Below are positions 27,146 to 35,839 of a stretch of 64,000 bases of DNA, piece after piece. Numbering within the stretch: position 1 is the stretch's first letter; each line of letters begins with the position of its first letter. Position numbers and translations under genes: made by a program. Source of the DNA: a virus (lineage: Duplodnaviria > Heunggongvirae > Uroviricota > Caudoviricetes); the IMG/VR virus record IMGVR_UViG_3300009093_000040. One strand, given 5' to 3'. The notes beneath the pieces were generated by a model, which saw nothing but the letters and a program-made list of their open reading frames with translations, was not told the DNA's origin and did no database searches.

Positions 27146-27261
27146 TTTTTTGTTGGTTTTAATTAAACATGTTACAAAACTACGAAATAATACATCACAC
27201 TACACTGTAATACTAAAAACTTATTAACAATCTGAAAAATCAAAAGTGAATAACTATCGAA

Positions 27262-27820
27262 TCAGGAAGATAATGAACGGGCTATTTTTCTTTTGTCACT
27301 TTTGCGTCTGGTCCGAACACCTCCTGATTTCGGCAGTGAGTTCAATTTTTTCAAAGCTTTTTCGATGCGTTGGACTGTTATGCGTTTTGATTTTTTGGTG
27401 TGGCTTTTTTTCTTGCTTGCCTTTTTGGGTTTTTGTTTTTTCGGCTTAGCTCTTTTTACCATGCTTACTGTTAACTGTATGTTGTAAGTAGGCTTTAATT
27501 TGTTTATGTGTTCTTGCTCGACTCTGTATAACGCATTTCTGTGCAAATTTTTTTCTTTCGATTCCCAAATTATTTCAAAGAAAAAAGAGGATGTACCATA
27601 AATCAGGTACTCTTCTTGCATTTTATAATTTCCATGCAGTCTGTTTTTCAATTCAAACAAATGGCACTTCCACCTTTTTTTTAATATCAATAGAACTTCC
27701 AATGTAAAACTTACCAGTAACTCGATTTGTTATCTTGTAAATTCCAACTATGGCATTAGGATCTTTATTTTTATATAATTCTCTTAAAAAATCACTATGT
27801 GCTTTACTTTTACCTCTCAT
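27262..27820 (-). pseudogene. GIY-YIG endonuclease frameshifted in an A8 run
   Basis: ATG 27820 frame reads VGIYKITNRVTGKFYIGSSIDIKK; the continuation RWKCHL...LHGNYKMQEEY is in another frame; junction at T8 27675-27682. Confidence 0.8.
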
Positions 27821-28338
27821 AATCTTTAATCGCTTATGGTGAATCGTTTCCTGAATTGCATAGTGAGATTACCTAGAAACTATTGAGAAATAGCTTCTAT
27901 TGGCATCTCACCACCGGTAACTCGCTTGCGGAGCCATCGTACCTTCGGCGCAATTTAAGTGGACATGCAAGCCCTTAAACATGCAATCAGACTGCGAATA
28001 GTTGCACCTATCCCTGTACTTACGGCTCATTGCTTTGTGCCACCGTTGCGCTTTGTACAGCACCTCCTTGTAACGCATTTAATAATTTACGCAAGTGCCA
28101 ATTGAACGCGTCCATAAATTACTATAAAAGAAAAAACCTAACCGTAGGAAATAGGTGTTTCTTGGAAGGACACCACAGTTAGGTTAGGTTTTTATGATGA
28201 GCGAGTCATCAATATTTTTTATCACCTATTACATACTGTTTATTGTATCCTTCCGAGTACAAAAATATAAACTAATTTTTAATTTTCCAAATTTGGATTA
28301 TTGGTTAAAATTTGCTATATTAAATAAAACTCCTACAA

Positions 28339-28695
28339 ATGGGCTTAGGCAATACCAATTCATATGGTAATAAGAAATCCAATTTCAATTACCAAAAAAG
28401 AAATTTACAGATTCAGGGTTTGATTCTGGCTGCTACTATAGCTGGTGGTGGAGGTGGTGCGGGTAATCCTGAAGTACCATCAACAATCATCCGAGCAACA
28501 GGTCCGGGTGTTACTCCTGCTAATTTAAAATCAGTTTCAGTTTATAATGCAGGTGGTGCAAATGGTGTTTTTAATGGTGGCATTATAAAATCAGGAGAAC
28601 AATTTAGTTTTTCTGCTCAGGATGGTACTTTATTTCTTAATCCTATTTCATATGATGGTACAGGAACTGAATTAGCAATAACTTATATTATTTAG
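28339..28695 (+). CDS. Putative virion protein
   Basis: 118 aa, Gly-rich, first gene of the fibre/lysis operon. Confidence 0.6.
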   Translation: MGLGNTNSYGNKKSNFNYQKRNLQIQGLILAATIAGGGGGAGNPEVPSTIIRATGPGVTPANLKSVSVYNAGGANGVFNGGIIKSGEQFSFSAQDGTLFLNPISYDGTGTELAITYII

Positions 28696-28696
28696 T

Positions 28697-29188
28697 ATGT
28701 CAACAGGAACAGATATAAAATTATTACTTTCAACAGATATTCATAATGCTTTGGAGAATGCTAATTCGCCAAACGCTAGTAATTATTTTATAACTATAAA
28801 TGATGTATTTGTTTTTTCAGTTAAAGTATCACTAACTGCAGCTCAAATAAGAACAGGGAATAGTTCTCCAATTATGATTGCACCAACTCCCGGAATAGGT
28901 TATGCTTTAGAATCTATTTCAGGATCTATAAAATATAAATATAATTCAGTTGTATTTAGTTCTGTAGGACTTTTTATCAGTTCTAGCTCTATTAGTCAAG
29001 TACAATTAGGGACAGCGGATGGGTATTTGAATCAGAATAAAAGTAGATTTTATAGGTTGATACCTCTTGAAGATCAAGGAAATTCCATGATAGAAAATCA
29101 AGGATTATATGTGAGTACAGATGTTGATTCTGTGGCAGGCGATGGTACTGCAGATGTATATGTGATGTATAGAAAAATCAAGTTATAA
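28697..29188 (+). CDS. Putative fibre-associated protein
   Basis: Shares its N-terminal [12 protein letters not shown] module with the next gene. Confidence 0.6.
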   Translation: MSTGTDIKLLLSTDIHNALENANSPNASNYFITINDVFVFSVKVSLTAAQIRTGNSSPIMIAPTPGIGYALESISGSIKYKYNSVVFSSVGLFISSSSISQVQLGTADGYLNQNKSRFYRLIPLEDQGNSMIENQGLYVSTDVDSVAGDGTADVYVMYRKIKL

Positions 29189-29194
29189 AAATAA

Positions 29195-31483
29195 ATGTCA
29201 ACAGGAACAGATATAAAACAACTGTTAAAAACAAATATTTATCAGGCACTTACGCATGCTAATTCGCCAAGTGTTTCAAATCCTTTTGTCACCAATAATG
29301 ATGTAACACCAGTAATAACAGACGTAACAGCCTTAAAAAACAATGAATACAAGATTACGTATTATACAGTTGTATCTGGAACAACAGGAACAATATCGCC
29401 TCCAACAGGAGCAACATTTAATGCTGATGAATTCGGAGCGAGTGGAAATTGCATCTTATCCAAAATTGACGGCTCTAATAAACCGATTTATGTTAGCCCT
29501 ACAACAGCTGGAGGAGCGTTGGTTACGGCGAGTTTAAATACGACTACAGGAACTTGGAGCACTTCGGGAACATATACAGATGCAAGTGTGGCTTTGATTT
29601 ACTCTATAGAAATAAAAGCTATAGATTATCATAATTTAAGTTATTTTAATATAATTGAAACTGTAGCTATAACGTCTATAAATGGAATTGTTGCTGGTGG
29701 AGATTTAACGGGTACTTATCCTAATCCTACGTTAGGTACAAGTGGTGTTAGTGCTGGTAGTTACGGTAGTGCTACACAAGTGCCAACATACACTGTTGAT
29801 GCAAAGGGTAGATTGACATCCGCATCTAATACTACAATTTCAGGTGTTGTACCGGGAGGATCTGCAGGCGGAGATTTAATAGGAACGTATCCAAACCCTA
29901 CATTAGCAACAACAGCTGTAACACCCGGCAGTTATACGAATGCAAATATTACTGTAGATGCAAAAGGCAGGATTACTTTAGCAGCAAATGGTAGTTCGGG
30001 TACAGTGACAAGCGTTAGTGGAACGGCTAATAGAGTAACATCAACAGGGGGTTCCACTCCTGTGATAGATATTTCAAATGCTTATGTAGGTCAAACGTCT
30101 ATTACAACTTTAGGAACAGTTATTATTGGCACAATAGGTACAGGTGCTGTTTTAGGAGGAGTTACCGTAACACTTGGTTCTGATGCTACTGGGGACGTAT
30201 ATTATAGAAATGCGGGAGGAGTTTTAACAAGACTTCCAATAGGAACTGCTGGGCAAGTTTTAACTGTTGCTGGAGGAATTATATCTTGGGCAACTCCTTC
30301 TCCGGGAGGAGTAACAAGTTTTAATACACGCACCGGAGCCATTACACTTTCTTCAGGAGATGTAACAACAGCACTAGGGTTTACTCCTGAAAATGTTGCT
30401 AATAAAGTAACAGATTTATCTACTAATGATAATACACATTATCCAAGTACACAAGCTGTACAAACAGCTATTAATAATGCTGTAGCAGGTGTAAATCCTG
30501 CGGTATCAGTTAAGGCTGCAACTACTTTAGCGTCTGATACAAGTGGATTAACATATAACAATGGTGCAAGTGGTATTGGAGCAACTTTTACAGGCACTAT
30601 AAATACACCATTTACTTGTGATGGAGTTACTTTCACCGCATTAAATCAAAGAGTATTAATTAAAAATGACACACAAAGTCCTAGCGGTGCTTTTAATGGA
30701 ATTTATTATGTAACTCAGTTACAGACAGGGTTATTACCACCTATATTAACTAGAGCATTAGACTATGATCAGCCAAGTGATATAAACAACACAGGTTCGA
30801 TACCTGTTATTAGTGGAACTGCAAATGCAAATACAAGTTGGGTAATTACTACAACGGTAACTACAGTTGGAACTGACCCTTTATCATATACTCAATTTAC
30901 ATTAGCGCCATCAACATTAGTTACATTAACAGGAACTCAAGATGTAACCAATAAAACATTTGATACTACAAGCAATTTTCCTACTTATTGTTTTCCTCCA
31001 ATAGTTTCTGGAGATAAAAGATGGTCTTTAAAAAACACGCAAACTACAAGTTCTGGTTTTGGTGGATTAATTTATTTTACTCCTTATTTTGTAGGAAACA
31101 AACATACTGTTACAAAGATTGGTATAAATGTTACAGTAGCTTCAGCGGCAACTAATTTAAAATTTGCTTTATATGCTTTTGGTGGGGGTACTACTGGCCC
31201 AACTGGAGCCCCTTTAGATTTTAGTGGAGATATAAGTACAGCTACAACAGGATTAAAAGAATATACATTTAGCAGTCCTTTGGTTTTGACTGGAAACGTA
31301 TACGTTATGGCTATTCAATGTTCATCAGCTATAACTATTGAATATATTACCGCATCTCCTATGTGGCTACCAGTTAATAGTCAACAAGGATGGCAATTTA
31401 CTCAAGCTTATGGAAGTTTTCCTACTTCACCAGCAGTTGCACCTACTACTACACCCCCTAATATGTATATGATACCACAATAA
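29195..31483 (+). CDS. Tail fibre / receptor-binding protein
   Basis: 762 aa, Thr/Gly-rich, two [12 protein letters not shown]...TVDAKGR repeats, NGIYYVTQ...LTRALDYD segment. Confidence 0.75.
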   Translation: MSTGTDIKQLLKTNIYQALTHANSPSVSNPFVTNNDVTPVITDVTALKNNEYKITYYTVVSGTTGTISPPTGATFNADEFGASGNCILSKIDGSNKPIYVSPTTAGGALVTASLNTTTGTWSTSGTYTDASVALIYSIEIKAIDYHNLSYFNIIETVAITSINGIVAGGDLTGTYPNPTLGTSGVSAGSYGSATQVPTYTVDAKGRLTSASNTTISGVVPGGSAGGDLIGTYPNPTLATTAVTPGSYTNANITVDAKGRITLAANGSSGTVTSVSGTANRVTSTGGSTPVIDISNAYVGQTSITTLGTVIIGTIGTGAVLGGVTVTLGSDATGDVYYRNAGGVLTRLPIGTAGQVLTVAGGIISWATPSPGGVTSFNTRTGAITLSSGDVTTALGFTPENVANKVTDLSTNDNTHYPSTQAVQTAINNAVAGVNPAVSVKAATTLASDTSGLTYNNGASGIGATFTGTINTPFTCDGVTFTALNQRVLIKNDTQSPSGAFNGIYYVTQLQTGLLPPILTRALDYDQPSDINNTGSIPVISGTANANTSWVITTTVTTVGTDPLSYTQFTLAPSTLVTLTGTQDVTNKTFDTTSNFPTYCFPPIVSGDKRWSLKNTQTTSSGFGGLIYFTPYFVGNKHTVTKIGINVTVASAATNLKFALYAFGGGTTGPTGAPLDFSGDISTATTGLKEYTFSSPLVLTGNVYVMAIQCSSAITIEYITASPMWLPVNSQQGWQFTQAYGSFPTSPAVAPTTTPPNMYMIPQ

Positions 31484-31851
31484 TGGCAACAAACGAAACA
31501 TATAAAAGAAAAGTAAACGAACAAGGAAATTTCATTTTTGATGAAAAAGGTGACCCTGTTATGGAACTAGTTTCTTCTATTGAGGTTCCTGATGCTACAT
31601 TATCTCCAAATTGGACAAAATTAAAATCAGATTTACTTACAAACCCTGATTTATCTATTTTATTACCAAATACAAGTCCACAAGGTTTTACAGTTTTTAC
31701 TACTTTTTTATCCGATGGACAGAACGGGCATTCAGATCAAAGAAATTTCCCTGAATATTTTAGTTACATGGGACTTACACTAACAAATGAACAAAAAACA
31801 GCGATAAATACAATATTAACTAATAACAATTTTACTGTTCAATTAACTTAA
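31483..31851 (+). CDS. Hypothetical protein (possible fibre chaperone)
   Basis: Coupled to the fibre gene. Confidence 0.55.
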   Translation: MATNETYKRKVNEQGNFIFDEKGDPVMELVSSIEVPDATLSPNWTKLKSDLLTNPDLSILLPNTSPQGFTVFTTFLSDGQNGHSDQRNFPEYFSYMGLTLTNEQKTAINTILTNNNFTVQLT

Positions 31852-31878
31852 TTATTAAAAATATAAAGTGAAAAAGAT

Positions 31879-32244
31879 ATGGCACAAGGTGGAGATAGAA
31901 TAGTAACGTGGAGTAATTTAATAAAAGCAGGCTCTTTACTGGTTGCTATTGTTGTTGGTTTCTGGCATTTAGAAAATGAAATTAAGGATATAGTTACAAA
32001 AACAATTGATCAAAGGCTTGAGTCTTGGATAGAAAAAACAAATGGTTTATCTAAGGATGTAATTTCTTTACAACTTCTTTGTAATAAAAATCTATCATAC
32101 ATTAAGTCAAATAATTATGAAATGAAATATCATGAAGAGGTCGTGAGAACACTTTATCGAAATTTAAACAATAAATTTCCCATCGATTTTATAAAACCGG
32201 ATGAATTAAGATTCGACGATTACAGAGAAGAAAAAAACAATTAA
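31879..32244 (+). CDS. Membrane protein, possible holin/spanin
   Basis: N-terminal TM followed by a coiled coil, near the endolysin. Confidence 0.45.
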   Translation: MAQGGDRIVTWSNLIKAGSLLVAIVVGFWHLENEIKDIVTKTIDQRLESWIEKTNGLSKDVISLQLLCNKNLSYIKSNNYEMKYHEEVVRTLYRNLNNKFPIDFIKPDELRFDDYREEKNN

Positions 32245-32256
32245 AACATATATACA

Positions 32257-32802
32257 ATGGAACTAATCGACATAAACTTTTTATATAAAAGTGGTGCAGT
32301 TGCAAAAACAATTGAAGATAAAGACGTTTTTTTATTAGGTCGTCCTAATCCACAAAGAGGAGATGGTTATCTTGTGATGCTTATAAATCAAGAGGATCTT
32401 ATAACAGATATAGTTTCAAAAGTTCCTGTTCCAACACCACCCCCAGCACAGTTACCTTATAAAGTTTTCACCGCAAAACTATCACAAACAGGAACTAATG
32501 CACCGGTTGCAAAAGTTTTACAAGACACAATTGGGGTTGATAATTTTACCTATGGGGGCAGTGGTGATTATCTTTTAAATTTTAAGGCAGGCGTATCTAT
32601 AGATGATAATAAAACTTTTATTATAGGAAATCAATGTGTTTCTAATCTCAGCGGTGTTTATCATGGAGATGTTACTTACAGAAATCTAAATACACAAATA
32701 GAAATATTTACTACAAATTCTTCAGGATCTTCCGCAGATGGAATATTGACAAACAACTCATCATTTGCTTTTTATTATTTAGAAATAAGAGTTTACCCTT
32801 AA
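32257..32802 (+). CDS. Hypothetical virion-associated protein
   Basis: YKVFTAKLSQTGTNAP motif; 181 aa. Confidence 0.6.
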   Translation: MELIDINFLYKSGAVAKTIEDKDVFLLGRPNPQRGDGYLVMLINQEDLITDIVSKVPVPTPPPAQLPYKVFTAKLSQTGTNAPVAKVLQDTIGVDNFTYGGSGDYLLNFKAGVSIDDNKTFIIGNQCVSNLSGVYHGDVTYRNLNTQIEIFTTNSSGSSADGILTNNSSFAFYYLEIRVYP

Positions 32803-32811
32803 AATTAAAAT

Positions 32812-33396
32812 ATGATTATAGATATTTCTCAAAATAATGGCACTATAGATTGGAGCAAAGTAAAAGAAATTGCGAATTTAGAAGCCGTAGTTGTTAAAGT
32901 AAGCGAAGGAGTTCAATGTCCAGATCGCTCTGCTAAAATTGATGCAGCAGGTGTGAAATCTATTGGAAAACCTTTACACTATTATCACTTTGCTACATTA
33001 AATAATACAGACGTTTTTTCGGATGCAAAAGCTGAAGCTACTGAATTAGTGGGTTTGTTAAAGAGCCTACCATCTCCTGATGGTTATGTTTGGTTAGATA
33101 TGGAGGAAGAGAAAATTCCATTATCTCCTGTGCAGGTTCAATTATGGGCAAATAGTTTTTTTGATACCATGAAAGCTGCAGGTTATACAAAGTTAGGTTT
33201 ATATGGAGGCACACCTTTTTTAAACAAGGTACTTCCCCCAGACCACAATCTAGGTGTATATCCATTGTGGTCTCCGGATTACGAGCAAGTAGATCATATA
33301 CCAAGAGGATGGACCAAAGCATTTTGGCATCAGTATACAGACCAAGGAAGTGTGCCCGGCATAACAGGGCATGTTGATTTGTCAACAATTGTTTAA
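32812..33396 (+). CDS. GH25 muramidase (endolysin)
   Basis: IIDISQNNGTIDW, VKVSEG, WLDMEE, WQYTDQGSVPGITGHVDL. Confidence 0.9.
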   Translation: MIIDISQNNGTIDWSKVKEIANLEAVVVKVSEGVQCPDRSAKIDAAGVKSIGKPLHYYHFATLNNTDVFSDAKAEATELVGLLKSLPSPDGYVWLDMEEEKIPLSPVQVQLWANSFFDTMKAAGYTKLGLYGGTPFLNKVLPPDHNLGVYPLWSPDYEQVDHIPRGWTKAFWHQYTDQGSVPGITGHVDLSTIV

Positions 33397-33448
33397 GTGA
33401 AATTTTGATTTGTCATTCAAAATGCTTATATTAAATTAAATTAAAGAA

Positions 33449-34012
33449 ATGATTTCAGAACTTTTTTTACCTGACTTAAAACTTATCATAGCAAAAGGAA
33501 GCTTACAGGATAAGAATGATTTTTTTGCAGCGTTGTATAAAAAACAAGAATCTTGGAATGCACCTTATGCCAACGAAACGTATTTGGGTGAGTTGAGTCC
33601 TGATAGACACACAGGTTCTATTAAGGTTCGTGATTTTCCTATGAATCCTAAAAGTTGGGTCGAGTTTGAAACATTTATTGATACAGCATATAAAACAGCA
33701 TTGTTTATTGATCAGTGGAAAAACAATTTAAGTGCTGCAGATTATGCTTGTTATTTAAAACGTGCCGGTATTTATAATGGTCCACATGGTCCACTTTTAA
33801 TTGCGTCAGATGGAACAGTTTTGTCACACGGTTTAATTACTCCTAATGTTTTTGCCTTTGCTTGGAATAAATATCGTGTTCCTTATGAAAGATACACTAT
33901 ACAAAGTGATCCTTTGTTTCCTTATATTAGAGATTTGGCAGCATTGGGCGAAGATCCTACATGTTTCCGTATGAGTAGATACGCTTTTCCAGAGTATACT
34001 TATAATAATTAA
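33449..34012 (+). CDS. Hypothetical protein
   Basis: 187-aa ORF. Confidence 0.65.
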   Translation: MISELFLPDLKLIIAKGSLQDKNDFFAALYKKQESWNAPYANETYLGELSPDRHTGSIKVRDFPMNPKSWVEFETFIDTAYKTALFIDQWKNNLSAADYACYLKRAGIYNGPHGPLLIASDGTVLSHGLITPNVFAFAWNKYRVPYERYTIQSDPLFPYIRDLAALGEDPTCFRMSRYAFPEYTYNN

Positions 34013-34032
34013 GTTTTTTTTATATTTGACGG

Positions 34033-34479
34033 ATGGAAAGAAATGTTTTAGTTTATCTTGATCCGCAAGGAAAACCAGATGATTTTGCACAATGCCGTTC
34101 TTGTAAAATGTTTATTCAAAGTAAAGGTGTTTGTTCTTTGCTTGGAATGGGTGTAAAAATAAATGGAGGCATGTCTTGTACTCAATATGCTTTTGGAAAA
34201 GCAGATGAGACAGAATTAGCACACGTATCAAAATCATTTACACCGGAAGAAGTTGGTTTAGTAGATAGAGAAGTTCGATGTGAAAATTGTGAATTTTTTG
34301 AATCATCAGATAATGATTGTCTTCTTTTTAAAACGTTAAACATTCCGCATAAAGTGAATAAGCATGGTTGCTGCAATGCCCAAGAAGCAAGTGATAAAAA
34401 AGAATCAAGTAAAAAATTAAAAGTTGATCATTCTAAACAACTTGTAATAAAAAGAACAAGTAGCCCTTTTGGTAAATAA
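34033..34479 (+). CDS. Cys-rich protein with two HiPIP-like CxxC repeats
   Basis: CRSCKMF...C...SC and CENCEFF...C...GCC; promoter TATATTTG at 34021. Confidence 0.5.
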   Translation: MERNVLVYLDPQGKPDDFAQCRSCKMFIQSKGVCSLLGMGVKINGGMSCTQYAFGKADETELAHVSKSFTPEEVGLVDREVRCENCEFFESSDNDCLLFKTLNIPHKVNKHGCCNAQEASDKKESSKKLKVDHSKQLVIKRTSSPFGK

Positions 34480-34483
34480 TTTT

Positions 34484-34515
34484 TTTGGTGAATTAAAATT
34501 TAAAATATATCTTTG
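34484..34515 (+). promoter_or_regulatory. Promoter P1 of tRNA block 1
   Basis: TTTG (34484-87)-N20-TATCTTTG (34508-15), matching the Bacteroidota sigma-A consensus. Confidence 0.8.
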
Positions 34516-34522
34516 TCCCATC

Positions 34523-34600
34523 ATGAAAGTAAAAAATTTATATAGTCTTCTATCGTTGAGTTATTCGTTACCAAGCGATGAGGGGATTACTATGAGTTAA
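34523..34600 (+). CDS. Leader peptide 1 (Leu/Ser/Tyr sensor) MKVKNLYSLLSLSYSLPSDEGITMS
   Basis: 25-aa ORF between promoter and terminator; 12 of codons 6-18 are L, S or Y. Confidence 0.85.
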   Translation: MKVKNLYSLLSLSYSLPSDEGITMS

Positions 34601-34627
34601 ACTTTAAAATTTTAGTTTGAACAAGTT

Positions 34628-34662
34628 AAACCCTCAGCGAAACACTGGGGGTTTTGCTTTTT
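34628..34662 (+). terminator. Attenuator terminator 1
   Basis: AAACCCTCAG-loop-CTGGGGGTTT then TGCTTTTT; the 5' arm CCCTCA can alternatively pair with TGAGGG (34579-84). Confidence 0.85.
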
Positions 34663-34664
34663 AT

Positions 34665-34749
34665 GCCCAGTTGGTGAAATTGGACAGAGACACGCCAGAC
34701 TTAGGATCTGGTGCTTTAATGCATGAGGGTTCGAGTCCCTCACTGGGTA
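34665..34749 (+). tRNA. tRNA-Leu(TAG)
   Basis: Cloverleaf, CCAGA-CTTAGGA-TCTGG, long variable arm. Confidence 0.9.
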
Positions 34750-34760
34750 CATAATAAAAT

Positions 34761-34848
34761 GCGTGAGTGGTGCAGATAGGCTGAGACACAACGGACTTAA
34801 AATCCGTGCGATAAGTTCACATCGTGGGTTCGAATCCCACCTCGCGTA
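34761..34848 (+). tRNA. tRNA-Leu(TAA)
   Basis: ACGGA-CTTAAAA-TCCGT, long variable arm. Confidence 0.9.
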
Positions 34849-34853
34849 CAAAA

Positions 34854-34940
34854 GGAGAGTAGGCAAATAATGGTTTGTTGCACCGCACTGCTAACGCGGC
34901 TCATGTAAAAGTGATGAGGGTTCGAGCCCCTTGCTCTCCG
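34854..34940 (+). tRNA. tRNA-Ser(GCT)
   Basis: Loop CTGCTAA, long variable arm, G73. Confidence 0.9.
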
Positions 34941-34946
34941 CAATAA

Positions 34947-35029
34947 GGAAGGGGTCCGAATGGACGAGGAAACTGTCTTGAAAACAGCTGGTCGTAATTG
35001 GCTTGGGGGTTCGATTCCCTTCTCTTCCG
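34947..35029 (+). tRNA. tRNA-Ser(TGA)
   Basis: Loop CTTGAAA, long variable arm, G73. Confidence 0.9.
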
Positions 35030-35040
35030 CAAAATTTAAT

Positions 35041-35113
35041 GGGAGTATCATCACCAACGGTAAGTATTCAGTCTGTAAAACTGCTAATCTAGGTTCGATT
35101 CCTAGTACTCCCA
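35041..35113 (+). tRNA. tRNA-Tyr(GTA), short variable arm
   Basis: GGGAGTA/TACTCCC acceptor, loop CTGTAAA, canonical T arm, weak D stem. Confidence 0.75.
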
Positions 35114-35168
35114 CAAAAATTTCCAACTAGTTGCAACCGGTTGGAATAAAAAAAATTATTTTTTTTTG

Positions 35169-35198
35169 TTTGTATATTAAAAATAAAGTTTACATTTG
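35169..35198 (+). promoter_or_regulatory. Promoter P2 of tRNA block 2
   Basis: TTTG (35169-72)-N18-TACATTTG (35191-98). Confidence 0.75.
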
Positions 35199-35218
35199 CA
35201 GAAGTTAAAAACTAGAAA

Positions 35219-35320
35219 GTGCAAAAACAAATCGTCATAACAGGAATTTGGAATATGGAGAATACCGCGGGTAAAAGAGACTGTGCGTATGGGGCTTCTG
35301 CTTTTCGTTTTAGAGATTAA
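35219..35320 (+). CDS. Leader peptide 2 (13-amino-acid sensor) (M)QKQIVITGIWNMENTAGKRDCAYGASAFRFRD
   Basis: GTG start after an A-rich stretch; codons 5-23 use only and all of the 13 amino acids of the downstream tRNAs. Confidence 0.8.
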   Translation: MQKQIVITGIWNMENTAGKRDCAYGASAFRFRD

Positions 35321-35344
35321 AATTTAAAACATAAAAAGGTAAAG

Positions 35345-35377
35345 GAGCCCGGCACAAAATGTCGGGTTTTTTGTTTT
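35345..35377 (+). terminator. Attenuator terminator 2
   Basis: AGCCCGGCA-CAAAA-TGTCGGGTT then T-tract; GGAGCCC can alternatively pair with GGGCTTC (35292-98). Confidence 0.85.
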
Positions 35378-35406
35378 AAGACGTTCTTTGATTAAAAAAT
35401 AAATTA

Positions 35407-35479
35407 GCTGGTGTAGCTCAAGTGGCAGAGCGGGTGCCTTGTAAGCATCAGGTTGGGGCTTCGATCGCCTCCGTCAGCT
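35407..35479 (+). tRNA. tRNA-Thr(TGT)
   Basis: GGTGC-CTTGTAA-GCATC cloverleaf. Confidence 0.9.
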
Positions 35480-35543
35480 CAGTGATTCGTCCCCATAAAG
35501 GCAGATATAGTACGGGGACTGCATTAGAATCCAATTTATTAAT

Positions 35544-35616
35544 AGCGATATAGCACAATTGGTGGTGCAAGCCTCTCATGATGGCTAGGTTGACAGTTCG
35601 AGTCTGTCTATCGCCA
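35544..35616 (+). tRNA. tRNA with CAT anticodon (Ile2 or Met)
   Basis: AGCCT-CTCATGA-TGGCT; A1.C72 mismatch; isotype not resolvable by eye. Confidence 0.75.
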
Positions 35617-35621
35617 CATAT

Positions 35622-35757
35622 GCGTCGGAAACATTGACGGTGATGTATGCAGGTTCTTTTTGAATTTGTAAGGTGTGATAATTTTACAAAGGAGATGCTT
35701 AGGAATAATCAACCTAAGTTTGAGTTGGCAAAGCAGGTTCGAGTCCTGCCTGATGCA
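35622..35757 (+). ncRNA. tRNA-shaped RNA with multibranched insert replacing the anticodon loop
   Basis: Acceptor GCGTCGG/CTGATGC, D arm ACAT/ATGT, T arm GCAGG-TTCGAGT-CCTGC; about 80-nt insert with TTTGTAA/TTACAAA and CTTAGG/CCTAAG hairpins. Confidence 0.7.
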
Positions 35758-35760
35758 CGA

Positions 35761-35834
35761 GGGGAAGGTCGTTGGTTCGAATCCAACATTGCCGCTGAAA
35801 GGTGGCGATTAGCTCAGCTGGCTAGAGCAGCCCC
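35761..35834 (+). ncRNA. Circularly permuted tRNA-like module with GAAA-capped acceptor stem
   Basis: 3' half (AGGTC-GTTGG-TTCGAAT-CCAAC-ATTGCCGCT) precedes GAAA, then the 5' half (GGTGGCGAT-TA-GCTC-AGCTGGCTA-GAGC-A-GCCCC). Confidence 0.75.
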
Positions 35835-35839
35835 GCGTT

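Noticed and set aside
35482-35553. GTG mini-ORF ending in ATA GCG ATA TAG inside the first CAT tRNA (possible Ile2 sensor)
   Set aside because: Poor start context directly after tRNA-Thr, only 3 Ile codons in 23 and no clear sequestering strand; cannot be distinguished from chance.
35622-35757. tRNA-Lys(TTT) reading of the AGGTT-CTTTTTG-AATTT hairpin
   Set aside because: The hairpin is displaced 3 nt from the D arm, is weak (two G.U pairs), and is followed by about 60 extra nt; treated as a non-canonical RNA instead.
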